The notes under the pieces are model-generated. The model saw nothing but the letters and a program-made list of their open reading frames with translations, ran no database searches and was not told where the DNA came from. Below are positions 7,834-15,802 of a stretch of DNA of 64,000 nucleotides, piece after piece. This DNA is from Clostridia bacterium (GTDB lineage: Bacteria > Bacillota > Clostridia > UMGS1810), in assembly GCA_045540695.1 (NCBI GenBank), contig JAZQHR010000103.1, positions 5,346-69,345 of the forward strand, in the 5' to 3' direction. The position numbers and the translations under genes are program-made. How positions within the stretch are numbered: position 1 is the first letter of the stretch; the number at the start of each line of letters is the position of its first letter.

Positions 7834-8763
7834 TGGGTACATATAGACAATTAGGTGGTGGTGCGTTTTTACAAAAACCATCGTCTACTACGTGGATATA
7901 TAATACAATTAACCAAGGAAAAACATTACCACCTACGTTTAGATTATGGGATTCGCCTATAAAAAATCAATTATCTAAAAGTACATGCGTGGCTCACGCT
8001 TTGGCAAGTGCTATAGAGATTTTACAACACTATGACACCGGTAGTAGAGAAATAATATCTACTAGTTGGTTCTATGGATATAGAGAAGTGGATGACCATC
8101 AACAAGAAGGCATGTATATTTTAGAAGCTTTAGATATGGCAAGAAAAATAGGTGGTGTTCCTAAGTCATTGATGCCTGACAATTTGGGATATCATGAAAG
8201 CCGTAAAATAATACAAGAAATGAAAGATGTCTGCCTAAATGTTTCTTCAAAGTATAAAATTAGAAATTATGCTTCAATAGAAAAGCCAGAAATAATGATG
8301 GGGGATATATGAGAATAATTCGCCAGTAATTATCGGCATGACAGTATATGATTCATTCCTTAATGTTGATAGTACAGGCATTCTGCCAGTTCCAAAAAAG
8401 ACCGAGAAAAGTTATGGTGGACATGCAGTGCTATGTACTGGGTGGACTACCATAAACAACGAAATATATTTGGTTATTAAAAATTCATGGGGAGAATATT
8501 GGGGAGATAATGGATATGCGTATATGAAATTATCAGATGATATGCCTATATATGAAATGTACATTATTTACGATGAAACCGACAATCCGCTATGTTTGAC
8601 GGATATAGTAGGTCATTGGTGCGAAGAAGACACTAAACTTGCAATAAGATGCGGAATATTAAATGGCTACGAAGACAAAACATTTAGACCTGACAACTAT
8701 ATAACAAGGGCAGAGATGTCATCTATTGTTGCAAAATTATTAAGAAAAACGACGATGTATTAA
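7827..8763 (+). pseudogene. Papain-like (C1) cysteine peptidase with C-terminal SLH domain, split by a frameshift in a G5 run
   Basis: ORF 7827-8312 has the Q...C block (IKNQLSKSTCVAHALASAIE). ORF 8338-8763 has the His block (GGHAVLCTGW), the Asn block (IKNSWGEYWGDNGY) and an SLH motif (IVGHWCEEDTKLAIRCGILNGYEDKTFRPDNYITRAEMSSIVAKLL). The second frame is open from 8299. Removing one G from ggggg (8300-8304) joins the frames. Confidence 0.75.
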
Positions 8764-8798
8764 GGAGAATAATAAATTGGTGGCATAAAGCAACGTAA

Positions 8799-8933
8799 AA
8801 ATGGCAAGCAGGAATTTGCGTGAATCAAAAACATATATATTTGGTGGTTTACCAAGACGTTTACGATGCGACGCAAGCAAGAAAACATGCTGAAGAAAAG
8901 TATTTTGGAGAGTACAATTTAAAGACGAGTTAA
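8799..8933 (+). pseudogene. Remnant of an AP2-type DNA-binding domain (homing-endonuclease-associated type)
   Basis: The frame reads KWQAGICVNQKHIYLVVYQDVYDATQARKHAEEKYFGEYN, resembling the AP2 pattern KWxAxI...iyLG.f...eeA..AR..AE.kyFGEy. The preceding GGIKQRKNGK is in another frame. There is no start codon and no nuclease domain. Confidence 0.35.
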
Positions 8934-8946
8934 AAGAGGTAGAAAT

Positions 8947-9579
8947 ATGAAAATAAAAACAAAATTCAATTGGATATCCAACGATTGGAAAAGAATAAAA
9001 AATCATTGTCGAACAACAGATAATAAAGATTTTACCGAGAACGAAGCAACTGAGATATTTAAGAAAAAACTACTCATATCTGAGCATTCGCCAATTCGTC
9101 TTTTGGAATTCGATTGGTCATGGAAATCAATATATTATTGGCTTAGTACCGAGTGGTCTCGTCATAAATTTGAAAAGTTCATTAGTAGCCAGAGAGATGA
9201 CAGACTAAAAGACGATACACCAAGAGGTGAAAAACCTCAAAACGCATTAGTTGATTTTGATGGTTATGCCAATATGCAAAACCTGATAGATGCTTGGCGT
9301 AAAAGATTATGTAGGGCAGCAACAGACGAGGCGAGAGAGTTGGCTGAAGACTTTAAAATAGAGTTACATAAAACGCATCCTTTAGAATCTGATGTGCTTG
9401 TTCCAAACTGTATATATAGGGCAGGTTGCCCTGAGTTTCATTGCTGTAGCTATATAGGCAAGTTTATAAAGTGGGCAAAAGATAATAATAAAGATATTCC
9501 TTGGTTAGACATTCAGGGAAGATATGACTTATACAATGAATATTTTTACCAAGAAAAGGAGAAATCAAATGACAGATAA
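8947..9579 (+). CDS. Divergent ThyX-like (flavin-dependent thymidylate synthase family) protein
   Basis: SEHSPIRLLEFDWSWKSIYYWLSTEWSRHKFEKFISSQR parallels the ThyX core (GHeS.lEh..ftf.i.giSr....ql.RHRxxxxxxxSqR). The later NLIDAWRKRLCRAATDEARELAEDF parallels the R....AqwEir block. The size (210 aa) fits. Confidence 0.45.
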   Translation: MKIKTKFNWISNDWKRIKNHCRTTDNKDFTENEATEIFKKKLLISEHSPIRLLEFDWSWKSIYYWLSTEWSRHKFEKFISSQRDDRLKDDTPRGEKPQNALVDFDGYANMQNLIDAWRKRLCRAATDEARELAEDFKIELHKTHPLESDVLVPNCIYRAGCPEFHCCSYIGKFIKWAKDNNKDIPWLDIQGRYDLYNEYFYQEKEKSNDR

Positions 9580-9850
9580 AATTGAACAACATAAAAAGAT
9601 ATGCCTTCAACTTAATGAGACATATTCTAAAAAAAATCATGACTACGGAGATTCATTCGGTGAAAGTATTAACGAGTGGGGGATTATTTCGGCAGCAACA
9701 CGAATTTCTGACAAATATAACAGATTTAAATCTCTTGTTAAAATTTCAAATAATAATCGCTTAGTTATTGATGAATCATTGGGGGATACATTATTAGACA
9801 TGGCTAATTATTGCATCATGACATATATGGAGTTGAATGGGGATGAATAA
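9569..9850 (+). CDS. DUF1599-like all-alpha protein (nucleotide-metabolism-associated)
   Basis: KKNHDYGDSF...ISDKYNRFKSL...DESLGDTLLDMANYCIM resembles the DUF1599 pattern as I recall it. SD aaaggag gives ATG 9569 (the track starts at 9524). Confidence 0.3.
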   Translation: MTDKIEQHKKICLQLNETYSKKNHDYGDSFGESINEWGIISAATRISDKYNRFKSLVKISNNNRLVIDESLGDTLLDMANYCIMTYMELNGDE

Positions 9851-10427
9851 AATATTTATAGTTGACGATAGCGAAGGTATATTTTCTAACACAATAGGAA
9901 AATACATACCAACCCTTAAATGTTCAATATTAGACCTTCCTAAAGAAGCCGCTAAGGTTTTAGGTTGGGATGGTGATAAGACCGAAAAAGACAGACGATT
10001 TTTAAGTGACATTATGGGTTTGTCAACGGATTATAACGATGCACCATTTAAGGATGTATTGTCACTTGTAACAGATTTTAAGAACAACAAAGATTATGCC
10101 GAATACAAAGTTTTGATTATAGATATGAGAGACCCAAAAGATATTGCTCGTGCCGTTAAAACATTTGGTGCCGACACAATTCTCATCCGCAATCCTAATG
10201 TTAAAAAAATTAATAGCAATCATGCAGATAGAGATGTTGAAAATTATGAATATGACTACATAATAGAAAATAACGGCACACTTGAACAACTCGATGAAGT
10301 TGCAAAAAGATTTGTAAATTATATAAAGAATCATGATAATCAAAAATTCCCATCGGATGCGTATTGTTTGATTAGTCATAGTGGTAAAAAAACAATAGTG
10401 TTTGAGTGCAACAAGATGTTGAGGTGA
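9837..10427 (+). CDS. Phage dNMP-kinase-like protein lacking a Walker A motif
   Basis: The C-terminal two thirds (RRFLSDIMGLSTD, VLIIDMRDPKDIARAVKTFGADTILIRNPN, NHADRDVENYEYDYIIENNGTLEQL) resemble T5-type dNMP kinases from memory. The N-terminus reads IFIVDDSEGIFSNT where GxxxxGK[DTS] is expected. Confidence 0.35.
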   Translation: MGMNKIFIVDDSEGIFSNTIGKYIPTLKCSILDLPKEAAKVLGWDGDKTEKDRRFLSDIMGLSTDYNDAPFKDVLSLVTDFKNNKDYAEYKVLIIDMRDPKDIARAVKTFGADTILIRNPNVKKINSNHADRDVENYEYDYIIENNGTLEQLDEVAKRFVNYIKNHDNQKFPSDAYCLISHSGKKTIVFECNKMLR

Positions 10428-10431
10428 GGAT

Positions 10432-10869
10432 ATGAAGAACTATGTTATATACACCTGTGGAGGTATGGGAAAGTTTGGTAAAGAAAACTTTAATGAAGGA
10501 AACAGTTGGCGATTACATTGTAAAAAGTCTCTTGAAAACTATGATTGCGATTACAAAGTCAAAGTTATAAACCCAAATGACTTTTTTAATTTTATTGACG
10601 AACCGCCACAATATAAAACACAATCTGAAGTTATGAATTTAGATTTGCATAAACTTCGCAATTCCGACTTAGTTATTGCAAACTTTAATGATATGTATTC
10701 TTTGGGTTCAATGGCAGAAATCGCAATAGCCTATGAAAGAAAGATTCCGGTTATCGGTCTTGATATAAATAATCAACATCTTCGCCCTTGGCAAATTGAA
10801 ATGACTGAAAGAATTTTTAACGATATTGATGAAATGCTTGATTATATTCAAAATTTTTATTTAAGATAA
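10432..10869 (+). CDS. Nucleoside 2-deoxyribosyltransferase-like protein
   Basis: Rossmann-like VIYTCGGM start. DLHKLRNSDLVIANF...SLGSMAEIAIAYERKIPVIGL matches the NDT/Rcl-family Asp...Glu pattern. Confidence 0.5.
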   Translation: MKNYVIYTCGGMGKFGKENFNEGNSWRLHCKKSLENYDCDYKVKVINPNDFFNFIDEPPQYKTQSEVMNLDLHKLRNSDLVIANFNDMYSLGSMAEIAIAYERKIPVIGLDINNQHLRPWQIEMTERIFNDIDEMLDYIQNFYLR

Positions 10870-10883
10870 TGGAGAATAATTAT

Positions 10884-11033
10884 ATGGAAGCAAAATTTAA
10901 CTTTGATGATTTCTACAAACAGTTAACCGAAGATGAGCAGCAAATATGTGACTTGTGTAGAGATTTGAATATAGGTAAATGCGAGAAATGCGAGTTTGTT
11001 TTTCGCTTTGCTTCTAAAAAAGATAGGAGGTAA
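10884..11033 (+). CDS. Small Cys-rich ORF (49 aa; below the ORF-track cutoff)
   Basis: My translation is MEAKFNFDDFYKQLTEDEQQICDLCRDLNIGKCEKCEFVFRFASKKDRR. SD ggaga lies upstream. It ends 3 nt before the next start. Confidence 0.4.
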   Translation: MEAKFNFDDFYKQLTEDEQQICDLCRDLNIGKCEKCEFVFRFASKKDRR

Positions 11034-11036
11034 ATT

Positions 11037-11243
11037 ATGAGCGTTGTATTATACACTATTGATTGTCCCAAATGTCTTGTACTAGAAAAAAAGCTTAAAC
11101 AAAAACAAATACCATTTGTAAAAGTTTCTGACCAAGAAATTCTTGTAGCAAAAGGATTTGGAGACGCACATTTTCCAATACTTGAAGTAGACGATGTAAG
11201 AATGGAGTATAGAACATCAATTGAATGGCTTAATAATATATAG
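11037..11243 (+). CDS. NrdH/glutaredoxin-like redoxin
   Basis: 68 aa. VVLYTIDCPKCLVLEKKL has the CxxC at the start of helix 1 typical of the thioredoxin fold. It sits immediately upstream of nrdD. Confidence 0.6.
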   Translation: MSVVLYTIDCPKCLVLEKKLKQKQIPFVKVSDQEILVAKGFGDAHFPILEVDDVRMEYRTSIEWLNNI

Positions 11244-11255
11244 GAGGAAACGATA

Positions 11256-13193
11256 TTGGAAATAAACATTAAATTGAACAAAAATTTTACAACCCAATAC
11301 AACAAACTACAGGCTGAATACGGCACGGATATTGCTCGCATAAACGGGTTTGACGATGGACAGTTGAGCTACACAGATTTTTTGGATAACTTTGTGGCAG
11401 AAACAACGGTTGCAGATGCAAGTATAGATGGCAATAGTAATGTTGGACATAAAGATATTGTGACTCTTGAAAAAGAGATGCCGAAACCTCATGAAAAACT
11501 AATAGCATTCAATAAAATATATCTTGAAATTCAAAAGAAATATGGATTTCAAGCTGCGAATGAATGGCTTAGGGCAGAATGGGTTGGTGAGTTATATATG
11601 CATGATGCAAATACCACAAGTTTTAAACACTACTGTTTTGCCTATGACCTAAAAGACCTCGCTGAAAAAGGACTGTATTTTATAGAAGGAAGAAATGCAG
11701 AGCCAGCACAACACCTTACAACTTTCGTTGATTTTGTAAAAGAATTTATAAGTTATGCAAGTAACCGTAGTTCTGGTGCCGTAGGGCTACCTAATCTTAT
11801 TCCATATATGTTTTATTTTTGGAAAAAAGATATAAACAACAATCATTTTCCAAAAAGTCCTGAATATTATGCAAGACAGGAATTTCAGAGATTTATTCAT
11901 GCGGTAAACCAGCCATACGTAAGAGATGGTTCACAATCTGCGTTCACAAATACATCTGTTTTTGATAGACCATATTTTGAGGCACTATTTGGCGGAGCAG
12001 AATTTCCTGACGGAACATTTATGATTGATTATGAAGAAGAAATTATTGAATTTCAGAAATGGTATATGGAAGTGATGGCTGAAATTCGCCATAAGAATAT
12101 GTTCACGTTTCCAGTAAGCACAATCAGTTTGCTAAGAAAGGATGGCAAGTTTGTTGATGAAGATTTTGCGAAATGGGCAATTAAGCATAATATACAGTGG
12201 GCTGATAGCAATCTTTTTATTGACACAACTGTTAATTCATTATCTAATTGTTGCAGATTAAAAAGTAATATCGAAGACTTAGGTTATTTTAATTCCATTG
12301 GTGGAACGGCTTTAAAGGTTGGTTCTGTAAAAGTATCCACTGTAAACCTAGCTAGACTTGCACTCGACACTAAAACAGAAGATGCTTATATAGAAGAACT
12401 TAAAAAACGTGTGTATATAAATCTTATTGCTCTCGATAGTGTTAGATACATAATAACACGAAATGTTGAGAAAGGTTTGCTACCTAATTTCAAGTACGGT
12501 CTTGTAGATTTTGAACACCTTTATAACACCATAGGTTTTATCGGAATATATGAAACAATGAAGAAGTTTAAATATGTCGAAGTTGATGAGTTTGGTAATA
12601 CATATTATACCGAAAAAGCATCTGCTTTTGGAGAGAGAATTTTTAAGACAATGAGAGAAGTGGCTGATGAGTTTATTAAAGAGAACAACTGCGATTATCA
12701 AATAAATACTGAACAGATTCCGGGTGAATCGGCAGCAGCTAAACTTATGAAAAAAGACAAGTTCTTTTATCCTAGGGCAAAGATTTACGACTTGCCTTTA
12801 TATGGTAACCAGTTTATACCTTTAGGTATTAAAACAACAGGGCAAGAACGTGTAAGAATTGCATCAGAATTTGATGGATATTGTTCTGGTGGCTCAATAC
12901 TCCACTATAATATTGACGCACCATTCGATTCTTTTGAAAAAGCTTGGAAGATGGTTAATTACATAGCAGATCAAGGAGTAACATATTTTGCGTTCAATAC
13001 AAAAATTCAAGCTTGTATTAATAATCATGCTTTTTATGGTAAAATTTGTCCAACGTGTGGAAATCCAGTTTCTACAGAATTCAGCAGAATTGTTGGTTTC
13101 TTCACACCTGTAAGAACATACTCGAAAGAACGAAAAGCAGAATTCGACCTTAGAGAATGGGCAGACACCAACGCCGAAACAGAAAGAGTTTGA
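11256..13193 (+). CDS. nrdD: Anaerobic (class III) ribonucleoside-triphosphate reductase
   Basis: LSNCCRLKS thiyl-loop motif. C-terminal Zn site CINNH...CPTCGN followed by the glycyl-radical motif SRIVGFFTPV. 645 aa, TTG start after SD ggagg. Confidence 0.9.
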   Translation: MEINIKLNKNFTTQYNKLQAEYGTDIARINGFDDGQLSYTDFLDNFVAETTVADASIDGNSNVGHKDIVTLEKEMPKPHEKLIAFNKIYLEIQKKYGFQAANEWLRAEWVGELYMHDANTTSFKHYCFAYDLKDLAEKGLYFIEGRNAEPAQHLTTFVDFVKEFISYASNRSSGAVGLPNLIPYMFYFWKKDINNNHFPKSPEYYARQEFQRFIHAVNQPYVRDGSQSAFTNTSVFDRPYFEALFGGAEFPDGTFMIDYEEEIIEFQKWYMEVMAEIRHKNMFTFPVSTISLLRKDGKFVDEDFAKWAIKHNIQWADSNLFIDTTVNSLSNCCRLKSNIEDLGYFNSIGGTALKVGSVKVSTVNLARLALDTKTEDAYIEELKKRVYINLIALDSVRYIITRNVEKGLLPNFKYGLVDFEHLYNTIGFIGIYETMKKFKYVEVDEFGNTYYTEKASAFGERIFKTMREVADEFIKENNCDYQINTEQIPGESAAAKLMKKDKFFYPRAKIYDLPLYGNQFIPLGIKTTGQERVRIASEFDGYCSGGSILHYNIDAPFDSFEKAWKMVNYIADQGVTYFAFNTKIQACINNHAFYGKICPTCGNPVSTEFSRIVGFFTPVRTYSKERKAEFDLREWADTNAETERV

Positions 13194-13195
13194 AG

Positions 13196-13657
13196 ATGAA
13201 GATTAAGGGTCTTATAACCGAAGACTTTGTAAACTATAAAAAGGTATCTATGACAATAATGTTCCCGCACTGTGACTTTAAATGCAGTGCGGAGCATTGT
13301 CAAAATAGTCCTTTAGCAAAGGCAAAAACATATGATATAGACATTGATAAAACAGTTGAAAAATATCTAAACAACCCTATAACAGAAGCGGTAGTGATGC
13401 AAGGACTTGAGCCGTTTGATTCATGGTCAGATTTAGTAAAATTCATAGCCAAATTGAGAGAAAAATCACGAGATGATGTTGTAATATACACGGGTTATAA
13501 TAAGGCTGAAATTGCCAATAAAATCGATATTTTAAAGCAATACAAAAATATAATAATTAAATTCGGAAGGTTTATTCCAAATCAAGAAAAACATTATGAC
13601 GAAGTGCTTGGTGTATACTTAGCATCAGACAATCAATATGGAGAGGTAATAAGTTGA
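13196..13657 (+). CDS. nrdG: Anaerobic RNR activating protein (radical SAM)
   Basis: MFPHCDFKCSAEHC Cys cluster near the N-terminus. Position directly after nrdD. ATG 13196 lies 3 nt after the nrdD stop (the track starts at 13157, inside nrdD). Confidence 0.75.
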   Translation: MKIKGLITEDFVNYKKVSMTIMFPHCDFKCSAEHCQNSPLAKAKTYDIDIDKTVEKYLNNPITEAVVMQGLEPFDSWSDLVKFIAKLREKSRDDVVIYTGYNKAEIANKIDILKQYKNIIIKFGRFIPNQEKHYDEVLGVYLASDNQYGEVIS

Positions 13658-13836
13658 AGATTAGACTATCAGAAGATAAAGATTTAGTAGAAGAAATTAA
13701 GCAAAAACTAAAAGATAATGGTGGTTTTTGCCCGTGTAGATTAGAAAAAACTCCTGATACAAAATGTCCATGTAAAGAATTCAAAGAACAAGACAAGTCA
13801 GGAGAGTGTCATTGTGGGCTTTATATTAAAGAATAA
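13654..13836 (+). CDS. Mini ferredoxin:thioredoxin-reductase catalytic-subunit-like protein (CPC-CPC-CHC)
   Basis: GGFCPCRLEKTPDTKCPCKEFKEQDKSGECHCGLY carries all six Cys of the FTR catalytic motif. The TTG start overlaps the nrdG stop (gTTGA); SD ggagagg lies upstream. Confidence 0.55.
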   Translation: MKIRLSEDKDLVEEIKQKLKDNGGFCPCRLEKTPDTKCPCKEFKEQDKSGECHCGLYIKE

Positions 13837-13858
13837 TATGTCGACAGGAGATATTAAA

Positions 13859-14302
13859 ATGCTAGAAATGAATATAAATATTAAGAAAAATACTAATACA
13901 GCAATAATACCAAAAAGAGAAACAATCGGCTCTGCGGGAGCTGACTTATCAGCAGATATAAACGAACCTGTATTAATAAGACCACATGAAACAGTTAAAA
14001 TTCCAACAGGTATATCTATTGAGTTGCCTGAAGGAACATTTGGCGCTATTGTTGCAAGAAGTGGGTTATCTACTAAAGAAGGTTTACGCCCTGCCAACTG
14101 TTTTGGTGTAATAGATGAAGATTATAGAGGTAATTGTGTAGTTGCATTACATAATGATAGTGATGAAACAAGAATTGTTGAGCCAAATCAACGCATAGCA
14201 CAACTTATAATTATTCCATATATAGCAGCCAATTTTGTAGAAGTTAAAGATTTATCAGAAACAGACAGAGGCAAAGGCGGTTTTGGTAGTACAGGAAAAT
14301 AA
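13859..14302 (+). CDS. dut: dUTP diphosphatase (phage copy)
   Basis: GSAGADL, ARSGLS, IDEDYRG and C-terminal RGKGGFGSTGK motifs. SD aggag gives ATG 13859. Confidence 0.9.
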   Translation: MLEMNINIKKNTNTAIIPKRETIGSAGADLSADINEPVLIRPHETVKIPTGISIELPEGTFGAIVARSGLSTKEGLRPANCFGVIDEDYRGNCVVALHNDSDETRIVEPNQRIAQLIIIPYIAANFVEVKDLSETDRGKGGFGSTGK

Positions 14303-14305
14303 AAT

Positions 14306-14334
14306 TTAAAAATATTTAAAAATATTAAAAATAA
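14306..14334. repeat. Three helically phased A-tract repeats, TAAAAATAT(T)
   Basis: ttaaaaatatttaaaaatattaaaaataagg: units spaced 9-10 nt, directly upstream of the Xis-like gene. Confidence 0.5.
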
Positions 14335-14347
14335 GGGAGTTTACATA

Positions 14348-14623
14348 TTGAAGCTTAATAAAGAATACGTCGAAAATTTACCATTTACCATTCAAGAAAG
14401 AATTCACCAACTTAACAAACTAATTGAAGAATATCCATCAAAAATCCCTACTGTAAAAGTAGCGAAATTTTTAGGTATGGATATAGATTGTTTAAGAAGG
14501 GGGATAGAACAAGGTAAAATACCTTTTGCTCTTGGATGTGACAACGATACATATGGGAATAGATACACTTATGTATCATCACTTACATTCTATTTATGGT
14601 GTATATCTCCGTCGCTTCGATAA
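14348..14623 (+). CDS. Putative excisionase/HTH DNA-binding protein
   Basis: HTH-like VKVAKFLGMDIDCLRRGIEQGKIPF. Position immediately upstream of the integrase. TTG start after SD aagggag. Confidence 0.35.
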   Translation: MKLNKEYVENLPFTIQERIHQLNKLIEEYPSKIPTVKVAKFLGMDIDCLRRGIEQGKIPFALGCDNDTYGNRYTYVSSLTFYLWCISPSLR

Positions 14624-14637
14624 AACGTTTTAAAAAC

Positions 14638-14666
14638 TTGATAATGCCATAACATTATGATATAAT
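14638..14666 (+). promoter_or_regulatory. Sigma-70/SigA-type promoter upstream of the integrase gene
   Basis: TTGATA (14638-14643), 17-nt spacer, TATAAT (14661-14666). Confidence 0.55.
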
Positions 14667-14709
14667 ATAATCACATTTCAAAGAATTTATATCTGTGTTA
14701 TGGCATTAT
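14641..14709. repeat. 14-bp perfect inverted repeat bracketing the int promoter
   Basis: ataatgccataaca (14641-14654) and tgttatggcattat (14696-14709). Confidence 0.6.
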
Positions 14710-14743
14710 TTATACTTTTGATATTAATCGAGGAGGAATAATA

Positions 14744-15802
14744 ATGTATGATGCAAGTATAAAAAAAAGAAAAGATGGTAGACTCGAAATGCAAATAGTC
14801 GTTGGAGTTGATGATAACGGAAAAAGAGTTAGAAAATCTTTTTACGGACATTCTGAAAGAGAGGTGAAGAAAAAAAGAGACAAGTGGGTAAAAGAAACCA
14901 ATATATATAAAGAGCTTAAAGTTGGCAAAACAGACGCCTTTTCATCGTGGGCAGACATTTGGCTGGAGACATACAAAAAACCTGTCGTTAGACCATACAC
15001 ATATGAAAACACATATAGAACACGCGTCGAAAAGTATCTTAAACCTTATTTTAAAAATCGAGATTTAAATGCAATTACCCAAAAAGATATTCAGGATTTT
15101 TTTAACTCTCATAAAGAAGTGTCTACGGCTTTGCTTAAAACGTTAAGAATAATTTTAAAAAATATATTTGACAAAGCGATCATTAATGACTTGTGTTCGA
15201 AAAATCCAGTTAATGATATCAAACTATCATCAAATTACGAAGAAAAAGAAAGACAGGCTTATAACGCTAAACAACAACGATTAGCAATTCAATGGGCTAT
15301 GGATAACAACAAAACCGATATTCTTATAGCTTTAAAAACCGGAATTCGAAGAGGAGAATTGTTTGGATTGCGATGGAATGATGTAGATTTGAAAAATAAA
15401 ATAATATATATTAATCAATCTATTAGTCCAAAAGTAAAAGGTGTGGAAGAAATTGATACAAAATTAAAATCTAAATCTAGTAAACGAGCGATACCTATAG
15501 ATAATGAACTTGTCGAATGGCTTTCGTTTTTACCAAATGAAAATGAACGACTTTTTGACTCTCCATCGGTAGATGCTTTTGCGAAGAAAATAAATAAATC
15601 TTTGAAACAAATGTCTAAGGATTGTAATATACCAAGTTTAACACTACACGAATTAAGACATACGTTTGGAACTGTATTGAGAGAAAATGGAGTTGATATA
15701 TATTCAATTTCAAAACTAATGGGACATTCAAGCGTTGCAGTAACAGAAGCAATTTACGTTCATAATGATATAGAAGTGCTGCGCCGTGCAATGCGTATTT
15801 AA
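14744..15802 (+). CDS. int: Tyrosine site-specific integrase (phage integrase family)
   Basis: C-terminal catalytic region: GIRRGELFGLRWNDV (Arg), HELRHTFGT (H-x-x-R), LMGHSS...Y. Adjacent to the tRNA fragment. Confidence 0.9.
   Translation: MYDASIKKRKDGRLEMQIVVGVDDNGKRVRKSFYGHSEREVKKKRDKWVKETNIYKELKVGKTDAFSSWADIWLETYKKPVVRPYTYENTYRTRVEKYLKPYFKNRDLNAITQKDIQDFFNSHKEVSTALLKTLRIILKNIFDKAIINDLCSKNPVNDIKLSSNYEEKERQAYNAKQQRLAIQWAMDNNKTDILIALKTGIRRGELFGLRWNDVDLKNKIIYINQSISPKVKGVEEIDTKLKSKSSKRAIPIDNELVEWLSFLPNENERLFDSPSVDAFAKKINKSLKQMSKDCNIPSLTLHELRHTFGTVLRENGVDIYSISKLMGHSSVAVTEAIYVHNDIEVLRRAMRI

Noticed and set aside
9582-9764. 60-aa alternative-frame ORF inside the DUF1599-like gene. The same applies to other same-strand out-of-frame ORFs: 20028-20222, 35287-35490, 54501-54683, 55159-55383 and 56225-56506
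   Set aside because: They are embedded in genes with clear family motifs in another frame. They lack an SD and have compositionally biased translations.
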